A stretch of DNA of 37,166 bases from Nemertoderma westbladi (Eukaryota > Animalia > Xenacoelomorpha), in assembly GCA_032718475.1 (NCBI GenBank), contig JAUCBJ010007835.1:1-37166 (forward strand), written 5' to 3'. Shown piece after piece: positions 21,309 to 32,623 of this stretch. The notes below the pieces were generated by a model, which did not search any database, was not told the DNA's origin, and saw only the letters and a list, made by a program, of their open reading frames with translations. The stretch's first letter is position 1. Each line of letters opens with the position of its first letter. The translations under genes were made by a program, and so were the position numbers.

Positions 21309-24139
21309 CGACGGCTTATATTCAAAATGTCCCAAATGCCAAATCATACTTTCTTCAGAAAATGATTTTTTAATATTCTAATTCTCCTTATTGACCAATG
21401 ATGTTGGTTGTTCGGTAAGCGGCTCATTGAAACGATGCTGCCTGTATACACTAATGATTTAAACATCACCCCTTACGCTATTCAAATATATGGCATTTGG
21501 GATTTTTTGAAAAAATCGTTTGTCATATGTATTTGGTTATGTGATATTGTTTCAAAACATCCCAAGTGTTTATTAGTGTATTGTATTAATAACCATAATG
21601 GCAAAAAGTTACCAACAAACTGTGCCATACACAAAAGAAAACCGAAAGTATGGACCAAAATCAGTTCAACCTCCCTCAACCTTCAACTTCAGTTCTCAAT
21701 CAAGCTCATCTTCGTCCTCAACTACCGCTACATCATATTCATCAGTCTCGTTCAGCTCATCGGGAACTGTCTCATCTGGCAACATTGCCTCGTATTCACT
21801 CCTAAACTCCGGTGGGATTACCTTGTTCTTACACAAAGACATGAGATCATTGAACTTCGCAGTACTTATTGGAAGTTGATTGGGGTATGCGCAAGGTGGA
21901 AGATCGTACCTGTGCGGATGCCTTCCGCGGTATCGACGGGGTAGAACAATCTCGTAGACTGGCGCTGATAGTTCAAGTGTCGTCGTATAGTGCATCTCTA
22001 CTGTTGAACGGTTTCCTGTAGCTGTCTTATGGAACATTAGAACTCTAATTTTAGACCACTTCACTTTTCTCCCTTCGTTATTCCTTATTCTTTTGTTTAG
22101 AAAATCCTCCTGGATGAGTTTCCAGTCAAGAAAGTCCGCTGATTTCATCGGAATGACAGTGTATGGTTCATCAAACACTTTAGCATGCCGTATCACAGTG
22201 TTCCACTCCGATGGTGCCCAGACTTCCTTATTCTTTAAGAGACTTTCTATTCGAGCATGGATCGAATCCACTGGCATATTGGTATGGCCTGGAAGTAGGA
22301 ATATCAGCCTGATGCGAGAAACGTTCGGAAGACGGATTAGTACTTGATTTATGGTGGTGATTATAATTCGATTCTTATTCTGTCCACTGGTGCTGTCACA
22401 GAAAAGGTCTATTTTTTTCACATTAGGGCACCTGACATTCAGATCAATAAGACTCTTATGGAGCACAGAAGCCACCTCAATAGATCCCCGCTTCGCCGTG
22501 TTCTCTCCCCAGATATAGCAATATCCCTTTTTAGTTCCACTCTCAAAAACAGACTCATTATAGAAAGCAAACCGGCGGGAATATCCGATAAGCATCGAGT
22601 TAGCGTGTGGTGTGTTAAGAACTTTCTGCAGATCATAGCTCAAACACCGGTACTCATCTGTCTCGCGTTCTTGGGCTCGTTTAAACACCTGGGCAATGGC
22701 TTTCTTTTCATCTTGATGGCGCTCATAAATCTGAGGATCAAGATCAGGGTCTTTCCTTTGGAAGCGAACACACAAAACACACTTATCTTTCTTCGGGATA
22801 TGAAATCCCAAATTGAACTCCGATTTGAATATTCTGCGAAAAACTGAAAACTTCACTGGATTGGGCACCTTTGAGACATAGATACGATGCAAATTTGTTT
22901 CACTCTCTAGGCTCCTTGGAAGATACTTTCGGCTGGATTCTTTTCGACAATAGTGTGAGCTCATTACTGGGAGCTCAGATATGAACTTCCGAACATCTTC
23001 ACGCTTCGAGGCCGTTCGGTTATTTGCACCTCCTGATTGGCTACCCGTCAAAGAGCCATGATCAGTTGTTCTTCTAACTATAGATTTTAGCAACCCCTCA
23101 CCAACATCTAAAGTACACTCTATAAATTGTCTGCACACCGGAATCTTCTTCCTATCTTTGTATAGGTTCCACTTCACAGAAACGTTCTTCGGCTGTCGTT
23201 TCTTCTCATCATCGTCTGTGGGACGATGTCTTTCCACAGCATCCTTCTCCAGCAATGTCCTCAGATAGGCATGTTGTTCCTCCCTACTCCGAAAAGCGCC
23301 ATAGTAATGATTGTACTGATCCAATCTTTCTTCCTCCGTCCAGTTGTCACGGCAGCTCCGGGTACAGTTTTCTTTACACGGCACGGCCCTCATCGATTTT
23401 GATTTTCGCACCTTTCCCTGTGTAACATATTCTTTACCTCTCAGCCGCGCTAATTTTCTTTCGCGAGTATTACAGGTAACCGGCCCACTCCGTTTTTTGG
23501 CGGCTCTTTTTCGATCATTTGGAGGTCCCACCGTAGCATCAATGTCCCCATTAAAGGTCGATTCCTCGTCAGTACTAAACCTAAACTCTTCTTCCATTGG
23601 CCCACTCCCTCCGTCACTATCCTCGGCCACAATAAAACCTCCGAACGACATTGTATTAGCTGATTCGTATTATCGTATAAGACTGGAAGACAGGTTGACT
23701 CGAGTATAGTAAGTTGTAACCAGTATTATACCGGTACGACTACCGTATAATGAAATTATTGTACAGCCAGCATGTAATCTGAACTGCAGTATTGAATATT
23801 AAATTTCCCGCCAAATTATCTACTTAAAAGCTTGCGGAGCCGGTACACTATTACTACTTTTGTTACAATTGGGACATTTAGATACATGCATTTCTGAAAT
23901 TATACATCGATAAAGTGAGAACTTGGGAGGTTTCAGGGGAATTTGGGATATTTTGAAAAAAACGATTTTCGAAATTTGGCATTTGGGATATTATGTTTTT
24001 TGATATAACTTCTAAAATAATTGGAATATTGCAAAACCGCTTTGAGTGACTACCTCACCATGATGAGTAGATTGTCATTCACTCATAAAATCATTTTCGA
24101 CCAATTTGGCATTTGGGACATTTCGAAAATAAGCCGTCG
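21309..24139 (-). mobile_element. Intact Sola1-type DNA transposon (2831 bp) in an MTHFR intron
   Basis: 36-bp TIRs at 21309-21344 and 24104-24139 (CGACGGCTTAT(A/T)TTC(A/G)AAATGTCCCAAATGCCAAAT, 2 mismatches). Perfect 4-bp TSD ATAT (21305-21308, 24140-24143), matching the AWWT target of Sola1. Single long ORF. Confidence 0.9.
21696..23651 (-). CDS. Sola1-like DDD transposase, 651 aa
   Basis: SHYCRKES, FHIPKKDKCVLC, YDLQKVLNTP, CYIWGE..AKRGSIEVAS, CDSTSGQNKN, GHTNMPVDSIHARIE; uninterrupted ORF between the TIRs. Confidence 0.9.
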   Translation of the reverse strand: MSFGGFIVAEDSDGGSGPMEEEFRFSTDEESTFNGDIDATVGPPNDRKRAAKKRSGPVTCNTRERKLARLRGKEYVTQGKVRKSKSMRAVPCKENCTRSCRDNWTEEERLDQYNHYYGAFRSREEQHAYLRTLLEKDAVERHRPTDDDEKKRQPKNVSVKWNLYKDRKKIPVCRQFIECTLDVGEGLLKSIVRRTTDHGSLTGSQSGGANNRTASKREDVRKFISELPVMSSHYCRKESSRKYLPRSLESETNLHRIYVSKVPNPVKFSVFRRIFKSEFNLGFHIPKKDKCVLCVRFQRKDPDLDPQIYERHQDEKKAIAQVFKRAQERETDEYRCLSYDLQKVLNTPHANSMLIGYSRRFAFYNESVFESGTKKGYCYIWGENTAKRGSIEVASVLHKSLIDLNVRCPNVKKIDLFCDSTSGQNKNRIIITTINQVLIRLPNVSRIRLIFLLPGHTNMPVDSIHARIESLLKNKEVWAPSEWNTVIRHAKVFDEPYTVIPMKSADFLDWKLIQEDFLNKRIRNNEGRKVKWSKIRVLMFHKTATGNRSTVEMHYTTTLELSAPVYEIVLPRRYRGRHPHRYDLPPCAYPNQLPISTAKFNDLMSLCKNKVIPPEFRSEYEAMLPDETVPDELNETDEYDVAVVEDEDELD

Positions 24140-24391
24140 ATATCCTGATTTCTTACACCATTTCAGAGAAAACTTAACGAAATATTTATAGTTTATAATT
24201 TTAGTTTTGCAGTAATTGAAAAAAGGATAGCATTGTGAATCTATAAATAATTAAAAAAATATATTTAAAAAAATTCAATATTCTGAAAGAAGTTTGGTAA
24301 ATAAATTAAATTTCTATGCTACATGGATGTTGTAATGACTTTTAATAATAATAATCCTTTACTACATTCAAACACCCACAAACACACAAAC

Positions 24392-24625
24392 CTCCAGTAA
24401 GGGTTGCAGTAACTGCGGTCGTATAAACATCTCGAGATAGGCCTTCTGGTAAATGTAACCGTTATCGGGTCCCCATCCCGCGATCGGGTTATCAGACGAT
24501 ACCCCGTTGATATTCGGTTGCGAGTTGATCGTTAGACATCCCCGTTTATTTAGTCGTATCAGTTCCTTTTGGATCATTAAACTCTCGGGGCACAATCCTT
24601 CCTCGTTCCAAGGCAATGTCGTTAC
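24392..24625 (-). CDS. MTHFR: MTHFR internal exon (SAM-binding regulatory domain)
   Basis: tttag|GTA...GAG|gtttgt, 78 codons; LPWNEE...LTINSQPNING...GWGPDNGYIYQKAYLEMF. Confidence 0.94.
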
Positions 24626-24674
24626 CTAAAACGTGGTTGATTATTTGATGACCAGAATAACATCCCCCAAACTG

Positions 24675-25280
24675 TTACTAACCTTAAAACCTTGCCCCCC
24701 CCCCCCCCCCCCCCCCCCTCTTGTAATCGAGTCTAACCCATGGTCTTTTCATCTCCCCGTACAACATTGAACCCCCTATGGGTTTCCCGCCACACTAACC
24801 TTGGGCACTCCTATGCCCCCCCCCCCTCACCCCTACTAACCTTGAACCCCATATGCCCCCCCCCCCCATACTAATCTTTAACCCCTATGCCCCCCCCCCC
24901 ATACTAACCTTGAACCCCTATGCCCCCCCCCCCCATACTAACCTTGAACCCCTATGCCCCCCCCCCTCCCTTACTAACCTTGAACCCCTATGCCCCCCCC
25001 CCATACTAACCTTGAACCCCTATGCCCCCCCCCCCATACTAACCTTGAACCCCTATGCCCCCCCCCCCCTCCCTTACTAACCATGAACCCCTATGCCCCC
25101 CCCCCCTCCCTTACTAACCTTGAACCCCTATGGGTTTCCGCCACACTAACCTTGGGCACTCCTATGCCCCCCCCCCCCCTCACCCCCACCCTTACTAACC
25201 TTGAACCCATATGCCCCCCCCCCCCCATACTAACCTTGAACCCCTACGCCCCCCCCTCTTCCCTTACTAACCTTGAACCC
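24675..25280 (-). repeat. G-rich minisatellite (~33-40 bp unit, ~15 copies) made of the MTHFR exon/intron junction GGGTTCAAG|GTTAGTA
   Basis: Plus-strand TACTAACCTTGAACCCCTATG(C)n fills almost the whole intron 24626-25271; the terminal copy is the real donor at 25272/25271. Confidence 0.92.
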
Positions 25281-25649
25281 CCGCGCGTTTTCGTCCCCGC
25301 TCACGTAGCACGCAAACGCCTGCCACACATCCCTCTCCCCGGCCAGCTCGGCGCCCCACATGTTCAGGAGTTTCGCGTCGCCGGCCGCGTGCCGCAGATA
25401 GAAGATATGATAGTCGGCGAGATGTCCGTAAGCGGGCGAGTTGGAGTTGCCCCAGCGGCCGTTGGGGAACTCGTCCCAGGTCTGGGTCCGGTGGATGTAG
25501 GATTTCGGTCTGGAGGACCAGAATATCGGACGGATCTCCTCCTCGGCCCGACGACTCGATACCCATCGGTTGCTCAGTCGCCATGGCAACGTGCGTTGCG
25601 GGTCCACGCACCAGAGTCCCAGTCGTCGACAAATCTCTATAGTGGCCAC
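25272..25649 (-). CDS. MTHFR: MTHFR internal exon (end of catalytic domain, linker)
   Basis: tttag|GTG...AAG|gttagt, 126 codons; LPW...EEIRPIFWSSRPKSYIHRTQTWDEFPNGRWGNSNSPAYG. Confidence 0.95.
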
Positions 25650-25898
25650 CTAAATGCGGAGATATAAAATAAAAATACAGTGATTATATATAATAAAAGT
25701 GATAATTTAATTCATCCTCAGCTAAACTAAAAATTAAGATTACTTTATCGCGGTGGAGTCAAGTTAAAACTACCTTAAATTAGCAGTAGAAAATAGTGTT
25801 TAAATGGGATCAGGAAAATGTTTCAGGATAATTTTTTTGGAAAAATTGTAACACTTTATTTCACACTAATGAAATATGTATATATATAGATACATATA

Positions 25899-26715
25899 CC
25901 GGGTGTTCTATAATGATTCCCCCCCCTGGCCAGCCAAAACTGTCAGACATGCACCTTAGCGTAATATATCATTCGAAAGAGAATTTAATTCTGAGCTTGC
26001 ATGCAAAAATTTAGAGACCAATACAAAAGTATAAAAATTTTATAGGCAATTCTTTAAACCTATCTTACTTTCCAATATTTGTGATTTAATCACAATTTAA
26101 AAATAAAATATAATTTATCCAGCGTTAGGCATCAGCTTTGCAGGTTGCAATCCTCTTTAAACAGTTATTACTGCCTGACTTTTGCTGTATTGCAATATAT
26201 TACAGTATTCAGTTACCGATATTAGTGTTTCTTTGGTAATTTTACTGAATTCGGCCTAACAGAAGTAATTAAAATGACAAGTTCCAGTGCAATCTTCGAT
26301 GACTCTGAAGAAATACGTAAGGTTGACAGAATCAGAGATGTTACTTTTAGAGAGGGTCGTGATTCTGTGGCATAATCAAAACTGAACTCAAACCAAAAGG
26401 GCCCTTTTAAGGGCCAACATCCTTTGCCACTATCGAGGAGCTCCCCAGGCTGCAAAGGGGGAAGCATGGCTGTAAAGCTGATGACTAATGCTGGATAAAT
26501 TATATTTTTTTAATTGTGATTAAATCAAAAATAACAAAAAGTAAGATAGGTTTAAAGAATAGCCTATAAAATTTTTATACTTTTTTATTGGACCCTAAAG
26601 TTTTGCATGCAAGCTCAGAATTAAATTCTCTTTCAAATGATATTACACTAAAGTACATGTCTGGCAGTTTTGGCTGGCCAGGGGGGGGGGGGGGCAATCA
26701 TTATAGAACACCCGG
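25899..26715 (+). mobile_element. Internally deleted Tc1/mariner-like element, ~245-bp TIRs, TA TSD, in an MTHFR intron
   Basis: TA|CCGGGTGTTCTATAATGATT...AATCATTATAGAACACCCGG|TA. Short internal ORF 26274-26375 (MTSSSAIFDDSEEIRKVDRIRDVTFREGRD). Confidence 0.9.
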
Positions 26716-26789
26716 TAGAGTCCACATCACTATTATACACAATAGAGGCCTACGACTACGTCCTTCACTAAATAGACTAGATTGGTTAC

Positions 26790-27113
26790 CTCTCTATTGA
26801 GGGTATAGAAATGAACCCCTAGAACGTCGTTCTCGTAAAGTTCCTTCATCATATCAACAGCGAGTTGTACTCCGTAGTTGCGAATAGCAGCATCGTTCTC
26901 CTTGATGGGTTGTACCACGTCCATTATGTGATCCGGGACGTTGAGTTTGGATAGTTTCGCGAGGTTTCTCAGGGAATGGTAACCCTGTATCGGCATCACT
27001 CCTGGTATGATCGGGCACTGGATGCCGATTTTACGACAATCTTTCACGAACTGAATGAAAGTCGACGCCTCGAAGAATAGCTGGGTGATAATAAAATCGG
27101 CACCGGCATCAAC
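26790..27113 (-). CDS. MTHFR: MTHFR internal exon (FAD-binding catalytic domain)
   Basis: ttacag|GTT...GAG|gtaacc, 108 codons; [14 protein letters not shown]...[12 protein letters not shown]...[10 protein letters not shown]. Confidence 0.95.
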
Positions 27114-27287
27114 CTGTAATAAAATAAATACAATCTTGGTGAAACACCCTGTGAATTTACGAATTATACCGTAAATAAATACAATATTCTTGATTTAAAA
27201 ACTATATTTCATAAAATTATTTATCCGATATAAAATATTACATATTCCATAAGTTAATAATTAATCGCGTATTAATTAATCCATTAC

Positions 27288-27926
27288 CAGAGCCGGATTA
27301 AGCATATGTGTGGCCCCTAGGGATAGACAAATTTAAGGCCCCACCCCAACATTTTTTCAGGTGAGGAGGGGGGGGGGGGGGGGGGGGTATACGCCCTCAT
27401 GAACCTTTTTTTAAATGGCTGTCAATTAGTGTTAAATGATAATATTGCTATTTTGTTATGGTCAACCACTGTATGGAAGGCCAAATAGCCTATATAGGGA
27501 AATTTGAAAATTTATAGCCTCCCCCTAGCGGCTGGATGGAGGCGGAATAAAATTTCACTAAAAATGCTACTAGTCCCTCAATTTCGTCAAAATTTCATGA
27601 AACCAACTATTTTAGACTCAGCGTCATCGATTCTACAAAAGTTATCTTATATAATTTTTAATTAGCATTTTTTATTTTAATTAATTAATTTAATTAAAAT
27701 TGGATAATTATACAAAATGGTAGGTAATATTTATCAAAATTCCATAAGATAACTTTTAAAGAGCTTCTGACTACTTAGTAGCTACGGACTATTTTTATAC
27801 CGGTTTAAATATTTATATATTTAAGCATTGTTTTATTTTTAACGCATATAAACTTTTTTTGGAGGCCTCCTTGAGCAGAGGCCCCTAGACACGCGCCTAG
27901 GTTGCCTCTAGGTTAATCCGGCCCAG
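27288..27926. mobile_element. Non-autonomous hAT-like element with 8-bp TSD
   Basis: TCCATTAC|CAGAGCCGGATTAA...TTAATCCGGCCCAG|TCCAATAC (TSD 7/8 identical); subterminal GGCCCC motifs. Confidence 0.85.
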
Positions 27927-28066
27927 TCCAATACCTACCAACCTATAACAGTGTAGGACATATTATTATTATTATTAAGTAAAAATATAATATAATAAAT
28001 CAAATGGAATACGAATTATTATACAGGGTGAACCGATGTATGAGATTATGTATCAGAGATACAAAC

Positions 28067-28265
28067 CTTTTCTTTGAGATGTTGCAGATCCTCTTCATAA
28101 GGAGTATCGGGATGACCAGCCGGGTAACCCGCCACACAGACACTGAAATCGTCACCGAAATTCTCGTGGATGTGTTTCACAAAGTCGACGGCGTAATCGA
28201 AACCCCCATCAGACGCTCTCCAGTCCTGCCCGTGGGGTGGGTCACCTCTCAGAGCTAAAATGTTC
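28067..28265 (-). CDS. MTHFR: MTHFR, most 5' exon recognisable in the window
   Basis: tttcag|G AAC ATT...AAG|gtttgt; [10 protein letters not shown]...[10 protein letters not shown]...DLQHLKEK. Confidence 0.95.
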
Positions 28266-28744
28266 CTGAAAGGCAAAAGGTTATTATTATAGCGTTATAG
28301 GCTGTAAGGATATTTTAACTATATCTGTGATGTAATGTATCAAACAATAGAAAGATAGTATACCAGTAAGCAGTAAACCCTACTGTAGATACATAAAACA
28401 TATGAGATTGCGTTGATGTTATTTAATTATTACAGCCTTTCTTGAACATTGACGAATATTCAGATATTCACGAATACTAGGCCTACTACAATATAGAAAC
28501 GGTATTGATAGTAACCACAAAACGATCAGATATCGTGTACGATGTAGGCCTCGCCTACCCGCAGCAATTAGACAGTATATATACGCTGAAGAAATCTTAA
28601 AATATATAGAAAATTGAAAAGTAATACATGAAGATTACACAATATACGATTGCAAAGCAGAATATCTAAATATAGTTTTGAGAGTGCATCTCTAACTTGC
28701 AATGTGAAGCCTGTTTGAGTAGCTGAATACCCATCAACATTATT

Positions 28745-28950
28745 AGGTAGAACCTATTTTAGGACTGTTGAGCCTCTATTTTAGGTATATAGACGATAGA
28801 CCCTATCAATGGTGTAGGTATGACTGCAAAATATAGGTAAGGTTGACCCTACCAATATTGTTCAGGATGGAGTGAATGTAGAACCTATTTTAGGACTGTT
28901 CAGCCTATTTTAGGTCTGTAGACCCTATAAATAGTGTAGGTAGGACTGTA
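28745..28950. repeat. Degenerate local duplication (GTAGAACCTATTTTAGGACTGTT...GACCCTA)
   Basis: Two copies of a block about 130 bp apart, with internal CCTATTTTAGG subrepeats. Confidence 0.7.
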
Positions 28951-29654
28951 GACTGGATGAAATGCAAACCTGTGGGACACCCGATAAGCGATCTTCTTTG
29001 TGGTTGTCCGGTGGACGATCGAGCGTGGGCGTCACCCAAACTATATAAACCAACATAATAATACACAATATGTACGGTACTGAAAAATATTTTATTTACA
29101 AAACAACTAATTACCCTCTACATATGTGTCCACAGACACCTTTGAACAATTTTTTCTCTTTGTGTGCAATTTCCATTTCACATTTCAATTTCATTTTAAC
29201 AAGAAAACTTCATATGAGGTCAGCGGTTACAATTTCGGAATTACATAAAAACTCGTTGAAACTAATTTACACTTTTCTGATTTTTATTTGCTCCACTCAC
29301 TGTAAATATATATAATTAAAACATGACTTCCAAGCCAAACATCCGAATCGTCGTTATAAAATATGACATATTTGTATAATCAAATGCTCTAACGGTAATC
29401 AACTACAGTAGTTTCGGTTTATTATACAATAGAACGACATCGGATACATAATATTTATCTATATTCAATCTTTCAATTCAAAATATATTTTTTAAACATT
29501 TTATTGATTATAAATTGGTTGGGAGCATATTCGGAAAAGGTGGTCATTCATTACACATTAAAATTTTACTTGGATAATATTATGTAGAACATCGCATTTC
29601 AAACTCAGTCACTTCACTGCTGCCAGGATGCAGACAGACTTGAACAGGTTTTCG

Positions 29655-29759
29655 TTCCAGTATTCAGCGAGGTATGAAGAAATTAAAAGTTCGTTAACGC
29701 CTGTTAAAGACGGTCGTTAAAGAACTCCTAATTATTTCATACCTCGCTGAATACTGGAA
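29655..29759. repeat. 105-nt hairpin (45-bp arms, outer 24 bp perfect)
   Basis: TTCCAGTATTCAGCGAGGTATGAA...TTCATACCTCGCTGAATACTGGAA. Confidence 0.85.
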
Positions 29760-29895
29760 TACTGCAATATGAACGCCAAGTCGACATGTCGACTTTTAAA
29801 CAACTTTAAAAAGAAACAGGTGTAGCAGACACGGTCTCTCATTCCCTAATAAAATAGTAGCGTTTTTATATTCTGTTCAATTATGTCACGCTAAA

Positions 29896-29936
29896 TTACC
29901 TGAAGAGTCCCGTGAGGGTGAAAAGGCTGTCGGTAA
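29896..29936 (+). ncRNA. Decayed minimal type I hammerhead ribozyme
   Basis: TTAC-CTGAAGA-GTCCC-GTGA-GGGT-GAAA-AGGCT-GTC-GGTAA: core boxes, GNRA-capped stem II and GUC site present, but stems carry indels/mismatches. Confidence 0.5.
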
Positions 29937-30544
29937 ACTATATTTCATTTCGTAATATTAGAAAACAAGAACTATATGGAAGACTTAAATGAACATCTGA
30001 ACTTGAACATAGATTATTCTTAAGTTGATCCCGTTTATTGCTTTGGTTATACGTAGATGAAACTGTAACTTGCACCTTACCTCTAATTGATAATTAGTGG
30101 GTGAGGATTGAACGCAGGCAAATATTGCCTGTGGGTGATTCTCATGGGCGAAGATTTTAACCAACCCTAGGAAGTACACACTCCCTCCAAAGTACGTAGC
30201 AGACAGACTTAAAAAACTTCTAGAATCACTGAACAGTTACCTAATTGCAAGATGAGCACCACCCCCAAATATTGGTAAAAGACTGCCAAATAATCAAAGA
30301 TGATGGTCTGCGACATTATCCTCTTGATAAGCCCAGAAGAATTTGAATCGCAAAATTTGATATTGAAATGCAGACGAAATATGGAGAAAACCACAAAAGC
30401 AGAGTACAAACTAACTCAATTAATAAATAGATCCACCTAACATCCAATATCACGTAGTTCTGAAACTTTGTAGGAGGGAGCAGCGAATCCAAAATGGCAA
30501 ATCAAAGCTACAAAATTCTAAATCTGTGAAAATTATGTAAAAAC

Positions 30545-32390
30545 AAATATAGGTAAAGTAAGAATTTGAAACTTCTAAAACTGGAAGAAAGCAAACTAAA
30601 ATCAATCAATCGCATTTTCATCAGGATTTCAATAGACTTGAATTGAAGTACTCAGAACATGAACAGAACATTACATTGACCACCAGTCGGGCACTCTACG
30701 CAAAGCTGTAACACGTTCGTGGGGCCATCGCGCAGGACGAGGCTCAGTTTTCAGATTCAGATTAAAATTGAGCAATTCTATGCCAAAATCGGTACTTAAG
30801 AAATTTAAATAAATAAATAAGAAATTTAACCAAACCGCCTATAAGAATAAATCAAAGAAGAAAGGAAAGTTCCCCTTTACCTTATGCCGATAGTATTGAT
30901 ACTGAAATATTAATTTATCATGTCAATGCCTCAACGAAATCATTTAGCTAATATCTAAAGAATCACCATTAAATTCAGCCAATCATTGTGCAAGATTGAG
31001 CAAACTCAGTGGAAGGATGATTGAAATGTTTCCCATCTAGGCAATATCAAGAATGCCGAGACTGGAAGTATAAAGTGATGGAATGCATTTTAACTTAATT
31101 ACGTTTAGATCAATTAAAAAGTGTATATAAGCAGCCATATCCTGCCACAGGATATCCTTGTTCTGGCAATCATTAACAACTACAGCAACTTGTTAAAACA
31201 TATTGATGACCATTTTTACACATCCATTTCTTCCAATCCAATAAATCTAAAGAAATCACATTACAATGCTAGTCAATGCACTATAAGACCCAAAACGAAA
31301 GGGGAATCGAATCAGAGTGCATATCAGTTGGCCTTGTCATTATCCATGAGGATAATGATAATGAATAAAATATAGGTAAAGTAAGAATTTGAAACTTCTA
31401 AAACTGCAAGAAAGCAATCTAAGAGATAGCAGCACAACAGTGCAGAATGCAAATAATTCAATCATCATCACATATTTTCATCAGGATTTCCATAGACTTG
31501 AATTTAAGTACTTAGAACATGTGTGGTCTTGATAGATTCTAAAGCCTGGAATAATATTCCCTGATGATCTTCCTAAGTGCCAGAATTGGCTTCTTTTGCT
31601 TTATTACTGAAAACAAAAAGTAGAAAAGAAGTAAGGTTTCTTCGGCCATTAATTAGGCCAGGGACTACGCACAAAGTCGACAACATATTTCCAATGCAGT
31701 ACCCAAATTCATGCTGAAACAAAAACTATCTTGACTCTGGGGGCGCTGGCCCATGATTCGGAGATATGTAAATTCAATTCAATTAACTACTACACAAAGC
31801 TGTGACTTGAATAACATGGTTACCAACGAATTAATATAACATTTGAAGTGGGTGTGGGTCTACTAAGCATGTTCCGCCAATAAATTTATCAACAACCTTT
31901 CATTGTGAGGACCACCAGTCCACTCTAAGCAAAGCTGTAACAATCCACACATAAAATATAACTTTATATTTTAGATGATATCTGTAAGTCATCAAATGCG
32001 GAAATGATTGGCACAGTTGATGGTGGGTACAATGTTGTATGTACCAACTATAAAGAAGGGATTAGACACAACAAGGAGGTATATGGTGGAATCTTCAACA
32101 CGTCACTGTTAACTTTTGTCTTTCTTCATCCAGCAACTAGAATCATATATATTTATGTGTAAAAGCAGCCATATCCTGCCACAGGATATCATTCTTCTGG
32201 CAATCCTTAACAGCAACTTGTTAACATATTGATGACCATTTTTACACATCCCTTTCTTCCAATCCAATAAATCGAAGGTAATTATCTCATTACAATGCTA
32301 GTCAATGCGCTCATAACACCCAAAACGAAAGGGAAATCGAATCAGAGTGCATAACAGTTGGCATTGTCATTATTCATGAGGAGAATGATG
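30545..32390. repeat. Interleaved local duplications
   Basis: ~30545-30661 matches ~31368-31521; ~31129-31357 matches ~32163-32387; ~30678-30712 matches ~31911-31943. Confidence 0.8.
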
Positions 32391-32507
32391 CTGCTGACAC
32401 CTCAGCTTACGACTATCAGTAATACTGATGAACTAAGCAAGATGAACAAGACTCAAAATCAATGTAGAATATAAAGTAATGCATTCAATACATCTAACAA
32501 AAAGATA

Positions 32508-32572
32508 AGTGCGCAGCTCAATCAGTCACACATGTGCCCTGAAGTGAAGTCCCAGGCTTGATCCCCGGTTCC
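32508..32572 (+). mobile_element. Possible decayed tRNA-derived SINE head
   Basis: A-box-like GCAGCTCAATCAGT and B-box-like GTCCCAGGCTTGATCCCCGG at tRNA-like spacing. Confidence 0.3.
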
Positions 32573-32623
32573 GTAACCACCCAGGCAACTTCTTACTTAG
32601 AAAATTGACAATGATGTCAACCA

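Noticed and set aside
24853-25667. Proline-rich (extensin-like) ORFs and repeated TACTAAC branch-point motifs on the plus strand
   Set aside because: They are the antisense of the MTHFR donor repeat (GTTAGTA) and exon; there is no independent evidence for a plus-strand gene.
29985-32400. Short ORFs as a nested protein-coding gene
   Set aside because: No recognisable motifs; they are interrupted by stops and local duplications, more like decayed repeat sequence.
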